Shown in pieces: positions 1 through 11,091 of a stretch of DNA of 64,000 bases. A model generated the notes under the pieces. The model searched no databases, was not told where the DNA came from, and worked only from the letters and a program-made list of their open reading frames with translations. Source of the stretch: an uncultured Planctomycetaceae bacterium (GTDB taxonomy: Bacteria; Planctomycetota; Planctomycetia; Planctomycetales; Planctomycetaceae). The position numbers and the translations under genes were made by a program. Where the stretch lies: contig CAXBME010000023.1 in NCBI GenBank assembly GCA_963976765.1, positions 62,001-126,000 of the forward strand. The letters are read 5' to 3'. Each line of letters opens with the position of its first letter. Position 1 is the stretch's first letter.

Positions 1-447
1 AATCGCACCGACCTGCTTGATTTCTTCTTTGTCGGTGACTGGTTTGGCCATCCCGCGCAGATATTCGAGAGCGGCGTCAACGGCCTTCTCGATACCGCGT
101 CGAACGATCATCGGGTTGGCACCCAGCGTGATACCTCGCAGACCTTCGTTGTAGATCGAACGAGCCAGTACGGTCGCGGTAGTGGTACCGTCACCTGCGA
201 TGTCGCTGGTTTTGGAAGCAACTTCGTTGACCAGCTTGGCACCCATGTGTTCGTACGGGTCGGTCAGTTCGACTTCCTTACTCACTGTCACGCCGTCCTT
301 GGTGACCTGTGGGTTGCCGAAACTTTTGTCGATGATGACGTTGCGACCGGTTGGCCCCATGGTCACGGCAACGACGTCAGCGAGCGTTTGAACGCCCTTC
401 TGCATCTTCAGCCGAGCCCGATCGTCAAACAGTAATTGCTTGGGCAC
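1..447 (-). CDS. groL: Chaperonin GroEL paralog, N-terminal part (runs off the window's left edge)
   Basis: Manual translation from GTG at 447: [19 protein letters not shown]...[33 protein letters not shown]...[21 protein letters not shown] upstream. Not in the ORF track. Confidence 0.95.
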   Translation of the reverse strand, partial: MPKQLLFDDRARLKMQKGVQTLADVVAVTMGPTGRNVIIDKSFGNPQVTKDGVTVSKEVELTDPYEHMGAKLVNEVASKTSDIAGDGTTTATVLARSIYNEGLRGITLGANPMIVRRGIEKAVDAALEYLRGMAKPVTDKEEIKQVGAI

Positions 448-529
448 GATAAACTCCTCAATGGAGAGATTGGATTAAGTGAAAAGTCAAAATTGAGCGG
501 GAGAGCATTGGACACTCTCGACGCAGCGA

Positions 530-817
530 TTAACCGAGCTTCGCCAGGATGTCGCTCTCGCGAAGAATCTTGACTTCAACACCATCGACTTCGATTTCAG
601 TCCCGCCGTATTTGCCGAACAGAACTTCGTCGCCAACTTTGACGCTGACCGCACATCGTTCGCCGCTTTCCAGCAGACGCCCTGGGCCAACGGCTGTGAC
701 TGTTCCCCGCTGTGGCTTTTCGCGAGCGGCGTCCGGAAGAACGATTCCACCAGCAGTGGTTTCTTCAGCGTCCAGTGGCTTCACAACAACGCGATCGTCG
801 AGAGGATTCAGTGCCAT
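530..817 (-). CDS. groS: Co-chaperonin GroES
   Basis: [12 protein letters not shown]...[18 protein letters not shown]...KYGGTE, the canonical Cpn10 signature; lies between two groEL genes. Confidence 0.98.
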   Translation of the reverse strand: MALNPLDDRVVVKPLDAEETTAGGIVLPDAAREKPQRGTVTAVGPGRLLESGERCAVSVKVGDEVLFGKYGGTEIEVDGVEVKILRESDILAKLG

Positions 818-924
818 AATTCTATAACTCCCTTTGTGGTCAAGCAGCTCGTTGCATCGGCAAAGAGCCGTGTGATTTAATGTTTTGAAAACGTGAATCG
901 ATGGTCATCGTCAGGAAACATGAA

Positions 925-2634
<1,710 letters not shown>

Positions 2635-2797
2635 TCAATCCAATAGAGGGCCAAAATAAATCAACAGGTCGTTTGCGAAGAGCAGCTTCGAGATCGAAAT
2701 CCGCTCAAGCATCTCCCTGCGTCGTTTCTGTCAGAAATCCCGCGAGGCTGCCAATACTGTCAGGCAACCCGCGCAGATTCGGTTCTGAACAAAGAAA

Positions 2798-2813
2798 AGC
2801 AAGGACCGTGCCA
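2798..2813 (-). promoter_or_regulatory. Putative sigma54 (-24/-12) promoter for the groEL-groES-groEL operon
   Basis: Minus strand TGGCACGGTCCTTGCT matches TGGCACG-N4-TTGC(A/T) with GG-N10-GC spacing, about 170 bp upstream of the groEL start and correctly oriented. Confidence 0.7.
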
Positions 2814-3247
2814 CTTCGATTAGTTGTGTTGCAAGTGTCGTGTTTCAAACAGTTTGCGGTGATTGGTGTGAGCTGGCTCCGATATCCTCACCTGCCAACG
2901 TGGCAGAGGCCGCCGGTTTCGGCAAGCGAGCCACGACTCGTAAGAACGGAGAGCTTCTCAGGCTTTGAAGAGGCACACGAGTGTGGCTACTAAGGACGCC
3001 ATCGCACTCCGTCAGGGAGCGTCGTTTGCTGCAAACGAGGTCGCGCAGCGGCAAGAGACCAACCCACGAATCGAATGCCGATTCCGTTGTTATCTCTTGT
3101 GCATCGCGCACAGGTTGGCAAGCAACCTGTGCCTCCCGTGTGGGAACGGTTGAACTCAATCGTGGCGCTTGATATTCCGTCGACAACGGAACATCCCGTT
3201 AAAAAGTTCAGACTATTAGTTATGCCGCTAAGCGACACTTTCACACA

Positions 3248-3688
3248 ATGACCACAGATCATCACATCTACGAATTGGCCTCGTTGTTTCGCAGCGCAAT
3301 CGTACGAACCGATCGCTCCAAGCTACCCATCACGTTCGCAGAATTCCCTGCCGGAAGCTGCGGTGATGCCGCGATTCTTCTTGGCACATTCCTGACCGAA
3401 CGTGGTTGTGGCGACTTCACATACATTTCCGCATTTCGCGGGTCCAACGACGATGATTCATGGCATACTCACGCTTGGGTCGCTCAATATGATTTGGTCG
3501 TCGATATCACCGCGGACCAATTCCCTGATTCGGATGATCCGGTGATTGTCGTGCGCGATTCGCCATGGCACAGTCAATTCACGGTGGACCAATCCCATGC
3601 TGCCCATTACTGCGTGTACGATGCTAACACGCGCCATGCATTGAAACGTGCCTACGACGTCGTAATGGAAAACGAATACGCGGCATAA
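3248..3688 (+). CDS. Hypothetical protein, probable integron-type gene cassette ORF
   Basis: 146-aa ORF (FPAGSCGDA...HAW...VDITADQF, a Cys/His/Asp pattern suggestive of a papain/transglutaminase-like fold). Bounded by the exact inverted repeat GTTATGCCGC (3219-3228) / GCGGCATAAC (3680-3689). Confidence 0.7.
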   Translation: MTTDHHIYELASLFRSAIVRTDRSKLPITFAEFPAGSCGDAAILLGTFLTERGCGDFTYISAFRGSNDDDSWHTHAWVAQYDLVVDITADQFPDSDDPVIVVRDSPWHSQFTVDQSHAAHYCVYDANTRHALKRAYDVVMENEYAA

Positions 3689-3765
3689 CAAAAATTGCAC
3701 CGGAGTTGCCGACCGGGCCGAAATTGAAATCAACGTCACGGGTGGCACTGGTTTAATGTGAACGA
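3683..3765 (+). mobile_element. Truncated or degenerate attC-like site
   Basis: GCATAAC overlaps the stop codon and complements the GTTATGC at the cassette start. It is followed by AAAAATTGCACCGGAGTTGCC, but the right arm is not cleanly recognisable. Confidence 0.45.
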
Positions 3766-3792
3766 CGAAGGGTGGCACAGTGACGTAGTGAT

Positions 3793-3846
3793 GTAGGCTG
3801 GGGCGCGACCCGGCTTGGGAGAGTTGCTGGGACTCGTCCCAGCCTG
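3793..3846. repeat. Degenerate GTAG-type REP doublet
   Basis: GTAGGCTGGGGCGCGACCCGGC ... GCTGGGACTCGTCCCAGCCTG; related motifs near 18538-18560 and 19309-19331. Confidence 0.5.
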
Positions 3847-3922
3847 TTTCAGGGGCGATCACATATGGTTCAGCTGAGCAGACGAGGTACCCCTCTTATA
3901 CTCTCTCGAAGCTCGCACTTTT

Positions 3923-4903
3923 TCAAACTTCGATTCCACAGGTACTGGCAAGAGCCTGAATGTAGTCCTGCTGTTTTTCCTGCGGGGTTGCCGCATCCAT
4001 CAGTCGTTGAGCCACGGGGCGTGCTTCGTCGATTCGATCCAGATTGACAAGTAGTCGAGCTTTGCCAAACAAGGCTCCTGTGAAGTCTTCGGCGAGGGCG
4101 AGTGATTGATCGAACGAGGCGAGGGCTTCTTCAGGTCGATTGAGTTTTGCCAGGCACTCGCCGCGGTTGTTGAAGATCTCCGGGCCGTCAGATCCGTCTG
4201 CAATGATCTGGTCCAGAGACGCCAGCGCGTCTTCATACCGGTCCTGCTGGCAGAGCAGCAGCGAGTATTCAAACAAGGCCACGGAATGGCCGGTTTGTTT
4301 GATGATCGAGCGAAGCCGGTGAAGTCCTTGCTCCTGCTCACCAAGTTCGAATTGGCAGATTCCACGACCGATCCGAGCCGCAAGGTCCTGCGGATTCTCA
4401 GTGAGAGCGGCTTCGTAGCTGGCATCAGCTTCCGCAAACTGTCGCAGCGCTCGCAGACTGTTGCCTCGGTTTGAAAGAGCGGTCACGTCGTTTGGCTCGA
4501 TTCCCAAAGCCGTGTTGTAACACTCGATGGCCATGTCTGAGTCGCCCAGATCGTCGAGCAGTCTTCCTATGTTGACCCAGGCATCGGCCATCATTGGGTC
4601 GTGAGCGATGGCTTTCTGAAATGATTCGATCGCTTTGCCGGGCTCACCCAGTTCCTGAAAGGCGACGCCCATGTTGAACAGAGGCAGCGATGCGCGTTCA
4701 CCGGCGTATTCGACACATCGTTCGTAAGCCGCGATGGCTTCGAGAAACTGGCCGGTCTCGGAACATGCACAACCTTTGAAGTAGAGCGCCTGTGCGTTGG
4801 CAGGGTCGGATTCAATGACTGAATCAAAAAGCTCCAGCGCTTCTGCCGAGTTCCCTTTATTCATTTCAGCCATGCCGGCTGCCAGTTTTTCTTCAGGCGT
4901 CAT
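3923..4903 (-). CDS. Tetratricopeptide repeat protein
   Basis: Multiple TPR motifs (ALYFKG, FNMGVAF, AWVNIG, ALSNRGN, FNNRGECL). Start set to MTPEEK (4903) because the longer ORF overlaps the divergent gene at 5093. Confidence 0.9.
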   Translation of the reverse strand: MTPEEKLAAGMAEMNKGNSAEALELFDSVIESDPANAQALYFKGCACSETGQFLEAIAAYERCVEYAGERASLPLFNMGVAFQELGEPGKAIESFQKAIAHDPMMADAWVNIGRLLDDLGDSDMAIECYNTALGIEPNDVTALSNRGNSLRALRQFAEADASYEAALTENPQDLAARIGRGICQFELGEQEQGLHRLRSIIKQTGHSVALFEYSLLLCQQDRYEDALASLDQIIADGSDGPEIFNNRGECLAKLNRPEEALASFDQSLALAEDFTGALFGKARLLVNLDRIDEARPVAQRLMDAATPQEKQQDYIQALASTCGIEV

Positions 4904-5092
4904 GATTTCTCCGATTCGGTTTCCGGGCGGAAAACATACTGCATCTGACGAAGTTCGAAAGGCTGAGTCAGTCGGGTTTGCTTCTGGCGACCTTCCCGAC
5001 GCGTTACGCTCCGGAGTTCCTTGAAAAGCAGGCTGTCGATTGAGAATGCAGCCTCGTTTGGATCCTCGTCCTGATTCGAAAGGTTCGTTGCC

Positions 5093-6415
5093 ATGCAGAG
5101 GCTGTTGTGTTTTCTGACCGTTCTTTCGGTGGCGTCGCTGGCGGCGGCTCAGACGCGTGAAGAACTTGTCCGGGGCGACAAGGCGAAGGTTGAGGCAGAA
5201 GGATTCTGGATTTACAACGACATCCCGCGCGCGTTCGAGGAAGCTCGACGCACGGGCAAGCCAATTGTGGTCGTGCTGCGGTGCCTGCCGTGTCATGAAT
5301 GCGTGAAGCTGGACGACGAACTCGTCGACACCGACCCGGTCATCCGCCCGCTACTGGAAAAATTCGTTTGTGCCAGGCAGGTCGCCACAAACGGGCTCGA
5401 CCTGAGCCTCTTTCAGTACGACACGGATCAGTCGTTCGCCGTGTTTTTCCTCAACGCGGACAAGACGATTTATGGCCGGTTCGGAACACGTTCGCACCGG
5501 ACGGACTGGGTTCAGGACGTTTCGCTGGAGGGGCTGGGCAAGGCTCTGCAGGCGGCGTTGAATCTGCACGCGAATTACGACGAGGTCAAATCGTCGCTGT
5601 CCGGTAAACGAGGCGCGCCGCTGGAGTTTGCCTCGCCCGAGAAGTACCCGTCGCTGAAGGAGAAGTTTACGGACGCGTTGAATTACAAGGGCGATGTCGT
5701 CAAGAGCTGCATCCATTGTCATCAGATCGGCGATGCGCGGCGCGAGTTTTACTGGAGTGCGAAAAAGCCAATCCCCGACGGAATTCTGTGGCCGTATCCG
5801 CATCCGAAGTCGGTCGGCCTGGTGATGAACCCGGACGAGCTGGCTACCGTGCAGGAAGTACTACCAGGCACCCCGGCAGCGGCGGCTGGATTGCGGAGCG
5901 GCGACTCGCTCGCGTCGTTCAACGGGCAGCCGATGCTGTCGACGGCCGACGTTCAATGGGTTCTGCATAACGTCGATCCAGACGGCGCCGGCGTTCCGCT
6001 TGTTGTCAATCGAGGTGGTCGCTTGACGACGCTGTCGTTGAGTCTCGACAAGGGGTGGCGCGAGAAAGGTGATCTGTCGTGGCGGGTCTCGACCTGGGGT
6101 TTGAGACGCATGGCTGCGGGAGGACTCGTTCTGAATACGGCTACGGCAGAGGAAGGTCGTCCGTCAGGACTCGCACGAGACGCGATGGCGCTGCTTGTCC
6201 GTCGAGCCGGTAAATATGGTCCGCATGGAACCGCTCGACGAGTCGGCTTCCGCGAAGGCGATATCATCACCAGCTTCGATGGTCGGTCAGATCTGTTGAC
6301 CGAGCAGCAACTATTGACTTACGTCGCGACGTCGAAGAAGCATGGAGACCGGGTTTCTGTCGATGTGCTCCGCAACGGTCGCAGGATGAATTTCAAACTA
6401 CCGATTCAACCATAG
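5093..6415 (+). CDS. Secreted thioredoxin-like (Trx7)/PDZ domain protein with a CxxCH motif
   Basis: Signal peptide; AFEEARRTGKPIVVVLRCLPCHEC (thioredoxin-like); SCIHCHQ; two PDZ-like segments (PGTPAAAAGLRSGD, TARRVGFREGD). Confidence 0.85.
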   Translation: MQRLLCFLTVLSVASLAAAQTREELVRGDKAKVEAEGFWIYNDIPRAFEEARRTGKPIVVVLRCLPCHECVKLDDELVDTDPVIRPLLEKFVCARQVATNGLDLSLFQYDTDQSFAVFFLNADKTIYGRFGTRSHRTDWVQDVSLEGLGKALQAALNLHANYDEVKSSLSGKRGAPLEFASPEKYPSLKEKFTDALNYKGDVVKSCIHCHQIGDARREFYWSAKKPIPDGILWPYPHPKSVGLVMNPDELATVQEVLPGTPAAAAGLRSGDSLASFNGQPMLSTADVQWVLHNVDPDGAGVPLVVNRGGRLTTLSLSLDKGWREKGDLSWRVSTWGLRRMAAGGLVLNTATAEEGRPSGLARDAMALLVRRAGKYGPHGTARRVGFREGDIITSFDGRSDLLTEQQLLTYVATSKKHGDRVSVDVLRNGRRMNFKLPIQP

Positions 6416-7325
6416 ACCTCAGCGGCTCGTACAACGTTTCGAGTGTCGAGAGGCGTGTCTGAAAGTCGTGCGATAGCGGCTGGATGACGATTTCGTCGGC
6501 GGTCATCTCGTTCGCGATCGTCACAATTGGAGCGGCGGATTCGTCGGCTGATCCAAGGAAGCTGGGGCGTCGTGTGTGACGTCCCTGGTTGAACTCTTCC
6601 CAATGCCGCTCGGCCTCGCTGGTGGAACTCGCGCAGATTCCTGACACGGCGACCGCCAGGCGGCTTCCACCAGCTGCCCGGTACTTTCGGCAGACGTCGA
6701 TGCGATCTTCCTTCCGGCCCCGCGGAGACAGAAAGTCGTGGAACGCGAAAGGGAATCCGAGTTCCGCGGTCAGGATCGCTGACTCTCCCGACGTTCCGCA
6801 GACCCAGAATGACTCCGGCTCGCCGCCGACCGGGCCGACCGTCAGGTTCTGCTCGGATTGAACTTTTTGGTCGATGACCTCGCCTGGTTCGTTGATGTTT
6901 CGGTCGATCGTTTTCGAAGGGCGGAATGTCAGCGCGAGATCACGCAGCTGCAAAAGTCTTTCCCGGTATGCTTGAGGCGTCTCTGCGATGGTGGTGCCAA
7001 TGGCGTTTCGGATCGAAGCGTCGGGAAGCGTTCCGGCCACGCCGAACTGAATTCGGTCGCCGTACAGTTTGGCCAGGAGCTTGAGTTGCTCGGCCATGAA
7101 CATCGGGGTGTGAATTCGAGCGAGTACTCCTCCGACGGTCACCGAAAGCCGCTTCGTCGATGCCAGGACGGCAGCAGCCATAACCGATGGACAGGCACTC
7201 TGAGTGTCGGTGTGATGCTCGGTAACCCAGAAACGTTCGTACCCAACGGCTTCGGCCCGACGAGCCAGCTCGATTGTTTCTTCGGGACGCCCTGTGTCCA
7301 GCACGGAAATTTCAACGGATCGCAA
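6393..7325 (-). CDS. LLM-class (luciferase-like) flavin-dependent oxidoreductase
   Basis: ARRAEAVGYERFWVTEHH...PSVMAAAVLASTKRLSVTVGGVL...AEQLKLL...RIQFGV, the classic LLM N-terminus. Confidence 0.9.
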   Translation of the reverse strand: MRSVEISVLDTGRPEETIELARRAEAVGYERFWVTEHHTDTQSACPSVMAAAVLASTKRLSVTVGGVLARIHTPMFMAEQLKLLAKLYGDRIQFGVAGTLPDASIRNAIGTTIAETPQAYRERLLQLRDLALTFRPSKTIDRNINEPGEVIDQKVQSEQNLTVGPVGGEPESFWVCGTSGESAILTAELGFPFAFHDFLSPRGRKEDRIDVCRKYRAAGGSRLAVAVSGICASSTSEAERHWEEFNQGRHTRRPSFLGSADESAAPIVTIANEMTADEIVIQPLSHDFQTRLSTLETLYEPLRSMVESVV

Positions 7326-7803
7326 AATGAGACCTGCTTGTTTTTATGCGGCGAGGGATGAAGGTGATTCTGGCTGCTTCTGCCAGAAAGCAGATCGACA
7401 AACGAAGACTGGCCGGCTGCGGCGTCAAGGTCAACCTGGTCGCTGATTAGAACGGCTTGCGTACAGCGACTGGAAAGTCGGAAGTGCCAGTCGGAGCCTG
7501 ATCAGGCTCGAAAGTGCAACTTGTGTCAGTAAGAGTGCAGGTGCTGTCCGGATATGTCTGTAACTGGCATTTCTGTCGGAATCGTCATAACCGGAATAAT
7601 CGATACAGGTCGAGTCGGAATGTGTTGTTCTCGGGCGGTGTATCGTGACGGCTGTAACGGACTTACGGTCAGTGCGGGATGTGGCCGAAATGACGACTGC
7701 CATGCTTCCTCGGAGAGGGACGGATATGGCGGTCGGGATACGGTCATGAAAGAGCAGTCAGAACCTCAGGCGGCTCATTCAGTGCTCAGAATTGGGATCA
7801 GGG

Positions 7804-10325
7804 ATGAAAATCACTCTTCGCGGCTTTCTGTTTGGTACTGCCCTCGTGGCAGTGTCAGCTTCACAGGTCTTCGCAGCTGAGCCACCAGAAATCCAGTCCG
7901 TCCCGGCATCGGAAGTCGTCCGGGTAACTGACAATTCCGCAGTGCTGCCAATCCAGCCGTCCGGAGCTGTGACGGATGACTCGATCGGTCGAGTGCGAAT
8001 TCCGCAACTGCTCTCGGCTTCTCAGGCAGGGCTGGAGCTAAGCAACGCTGAATTGATTGAGACATGGTCGACGGATCCCGAAGACGTGTTTCAGCCGATT
8101 TCACTTCAGGAAGTGGCGCCCGTTCCGGTCGCCCCGCAGCAGTTTCAGCAGATCGCTCCTCCGCCAGCGTCGACACTTTCAAATCGTCTGTTCGGATCGC
8201 CATCCCGGAACCGCAGCCTGCTCAGTGAGAACCGGCGGGCAAATGCGTTTTCGCCGGGAGCCAGTGTCGTTCTGGGATCCGAGTCCAAAGGCCGCAAGAC
8301 GACCGACGTCGGCAGTCTGCTGGGACGATCGACCGGAGCGCTGGGGGTTTCCACTGAGAGACGTAGTCCGATTGTGAACGACGTTCGAGTTCGCGGCAGC
8401 CAGGTCGGACAGCTCCTGGCGTCGGGGTCGTACTGGTTCCCCGTCAGGCAGGATCTGGACACGCTGCTCAGCAAGATCGATTCGAGCATTGTCGAGGACA
8501 TCATCGTGATCAAGGGACCGTACTCATCAAAATACGGGCCGGGTTACAACTTCGTCGACTTCGAACTGACTCAATCGCCACGGTATGAGGACGGTTTTGA
8601 AAGCCACGGCAGCAGCAGCCTGAACTACAGCACGAATGGGAAGCAGTGGAACGGTCGTCAGAGCTTCTGGGGTGGTGACAGTGACTACGGGTACCGTGTG
8701 GGGTACGGAATTGGAACCGGCGAAGATTTCGAATCAGGGGACGGTGTGAGCATGCCGTCCAGCTATAAGACTGGCAACCTGGATGTGGCTCTCGGATTCG
8801 ATCTCGATGACCATCGAAGTCTTGAATTTAACTACATGCGGCTGGACCAGCGCGACGTGCAGTTGCCGAACCAGGTGAATGTAATCGACGATCTCCAGAC
8901 TGATAGCTGGGAGCTGATCTACACCGTCACAGACATGGATCTGGTCGATCGTTTTACGGCAGAAACCTGGTACAACACGACTCAACTGCAAGGCAACTCG
9001 CAGGATTCTGGTAAGCGGCGACAGATTCCGTTGCTGGACGAAACCGCGTTCATCAACCAGGTTGATGGGTGGAATGCTTCAACCGGATTCAATCTGGCAT
9101 GGACCTGGGATGACGGCGCTGGCGGAGAACTGACCGTCGGGGTCGACATGCGTTATCTCCAGCAGGAATACAACGAGGTCATACAATGGGGCCTGTTTGA
9201 AAACTCCAATTTCATGCTCGGTGATCCGCTCACAGCTCCATTCCAGAACACAAACTATCCATTGCCGTCGGCAATGTCTTCGAATCCTGGTGTCTATCTG
9301 GAACATACAAATAAGGTTAATGAAGACTTGACGGTTCAAACCGGTGGGCGACTCGATATCGTCTTCATGAATGCTGACCAGGGTTTGAACGGAGCATTCA
9401 CATTCGGGGATTCGCTGGAAACATACAACAACGGAGCCGATGACACGTTCCGCCAGCATTTTCAACTCGGTCAGGCATTTATAACTGCTGACTACGCTCT
9501 TGACGACAACGTCACTCTAAACAGCGGCGTTGGTTTCGGTATGCGGGCGCCGACAATGGCTGAAATGTATTCTTCAGCCTACTTCGCGACAGTAACTCCT
9601 CAGTTTGTGCTGACCGCTCCGGCTGGAAACTCGCTTCTCAAAGCTGAAAAGCGGACGCAGATCGATCTTGGGTTTACAGCAGAGTATGAGAACGTCAGAG
9701 GTGGTATGAACGCCTACCATGCGTGGGTCAAAGATTTTATTACACTTGATCGTGCCGGGACGGTTCGGCAAGGCACAACAGTCGTTCAGCCGTTCTTTGG
9801 CTACACAAATACAGACCTGGCGACATTGGCCGGGTTTGAAGGTTACGCCGAACACGATTTGAATGACTGGTTCACGACGTTTGGTACGGTCAGCTTCACG
9901 GAGGGCGCGACCACTCGCGTCGCGGAACGAATTATCCGTTTACGCGCGCGTTCTTCGACCCCACCTCACCTGGGCGCAGCGACAGCGCTGGAGAGGAAGA
10001 GCCGCTGCCTGTGATCTTCCCTTTAGAAGCTCGTTTAGGACTTCGAATCACCGAGCCAGTCGAAGGGCGTTGGGGAGCTGAGTTCTCAGCTCGAATCGTT
10101 GATAATCAAGACCGTGTCGCTCGCGATCTGCTTGAGCAGCCAACGGCAGGATTTACGACATTCGACCTGCGATCGTTCGCTCAGGTTTCTGATAGTTTGT
10201 TGATCGTTGCCGGAGTTGAGAACCTGACAGACAAGAGCTACCAGGAACACTTTGATGCGCGAAATATCACTACGGTCTTTCAACCTGGAGCGAACTACTA
10301 CTTCGGAGCTGAGTTGACCTACTAA
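7804..10325 (+). pseudogene. TonB-dependent receptor interrupted by a 1-nt deletion frameshift near 9904-9906 (pseudogene or sequencing error)
   Basis: Signal peptide, plug-like VIKGPYS, FGMRAPTMAEMY, LKAEK. Adding one base at GAG GG|C GC gives EGRDHSRRG...EEEPLPVIFPLEARLG, continuous with the 10011-10325 ORF (AGVENLTDKSYQEH...GAELTY, aromatic C-terminus). Confidence 0.85.
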
Positions 10326-10657
10326 ACGAATTTCAGCCTCGTTGGAACTATGCAAGTGTTTAAAATGTTTTGGATTATACCGGCAGAATGAAACTGCACA
10401 CTCGGGAAATGCCAATGAAGTAAGTGTATGACGTACACTTGACTTGAATACTGCAAGGCGTTGGTATGGACGAGGTTTCGCAGGGTCAAATCAGCAACTC
10501 GTTCGTCCAACGTGTGGAGGGAACGAGTTTCTAATCCAAAGTGGGCATCGTCATTCGACGACTCTCGATGGTCAGAACTGGCTGTGATCTGAACCAGGCG
10601 TTCATTGACATCAGCTGGGTAGGGCCAGCGCATTCCTCTTTTTATAGGAGTTTCGCA

Positions 10658-10975
10658 ATGCGAGAAGATTCCACATTGATGTGTCCGAAGCAGGTTGAGC
10701 GGGTTTCCGTTCCCCAGATGCGTTCGGGCTGTGTTCAGCAATGCCAGGGTTCAACGGCTGCTCCCGGACAGTTTGCACCTCGAAGTGTGGCACGAGTTTC
10801 CGTTCCTCAGATGCGTTCAGGCTGTGTTCAGCAATGCCAGGGCTCAACGGCAGCTCCTGGACAGTTTGCACCTCGAAGTGTGGCACGAGTTTCCGTTCCC
10901 CAGATGCGTTCGGGCTGTGTTCAGCAATGCCAGGGTTCAACGGCAGTTCCCGGTCAGTTCAACCCGATGAACTAG
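10658..10975 (+). CDS. Putative multi-repeat RiPP (lanthipeptide-like) precursor, 105 aa
   Basis: AGGAG RBS just upstream of ATG 10658. MREDSTLMCPKQVER + 2x VSVPQMRSGCVQQCQGSTAAPGQFAPRSVAR + VSVPQMRSGCVQQCQGSTAVPGQFNPMN. Repeat differences are synonymous in this frame. Directly upstream of the kinase and HopA1-LanC genes. Confidence 0.85.
   Translation: MREDSTLMCPKQVERVSVPQMRSGCVQQCQGSTAAPGQFAPRSVARVSVPQMRSGCVQQCQGSTAAPGQFAPRSVARVSVPQMRSGCVQQCQGSTAVPGQFNPMN
10703..10972 (+). repeat. Tandem 93-bp coding repeat, about 2.9 copies
   Basis: Units start at 10703, 10796 and 10889 (GTTTCCGTTCC(C/T)CAGATGCGTTC(G/A)GGCTGTGTTCAGCAATGCCAGGG...). Confidence 0.97.
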
Positions 10976-11091
10976 CCAACTGATGTGTTTGAAATTTCGA
11001 ACTGAACAATTCCGGCACTGGCGCGATGGCGCTGGTGCCGTTTTTGTTTCTGAGTGAAATGTCGGTAGCTATCACCTCGAGAGTGACAATC

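Noticed and set aside
4904..5296. N-terminal extension of the TPR ORF (457-aa version)
   Set aside because: Overlaps the well-supported opposite-strand gene at 5093 and has no TPR character.
7431..7880. Short ORFs between the LLM and receptor genes as extra precursors
   Set aside because: Mutually overlapping, with no clear RBS or motif; more likely divergent promoter/leader DNA.
10703..10972. The 93-bp repeats as a CRISPR array or non-coding VNTR
   Set aside because: No unique spacers and no cas genes; unit length is a multiple of 3 and the variation is synonymous, so it is a coding repeat.
10741..10983. Alternative Cys/Ser/Thr-rich frame (MPGFNGCSRTVCTSKCGT...) as the precursor
   Set aside because: It looks lanthipeptide-like, but the repeat differences are non-synonymous in this frame and it has no RBS. 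The 10695 frame and the minus-strand frame fail in the same way.
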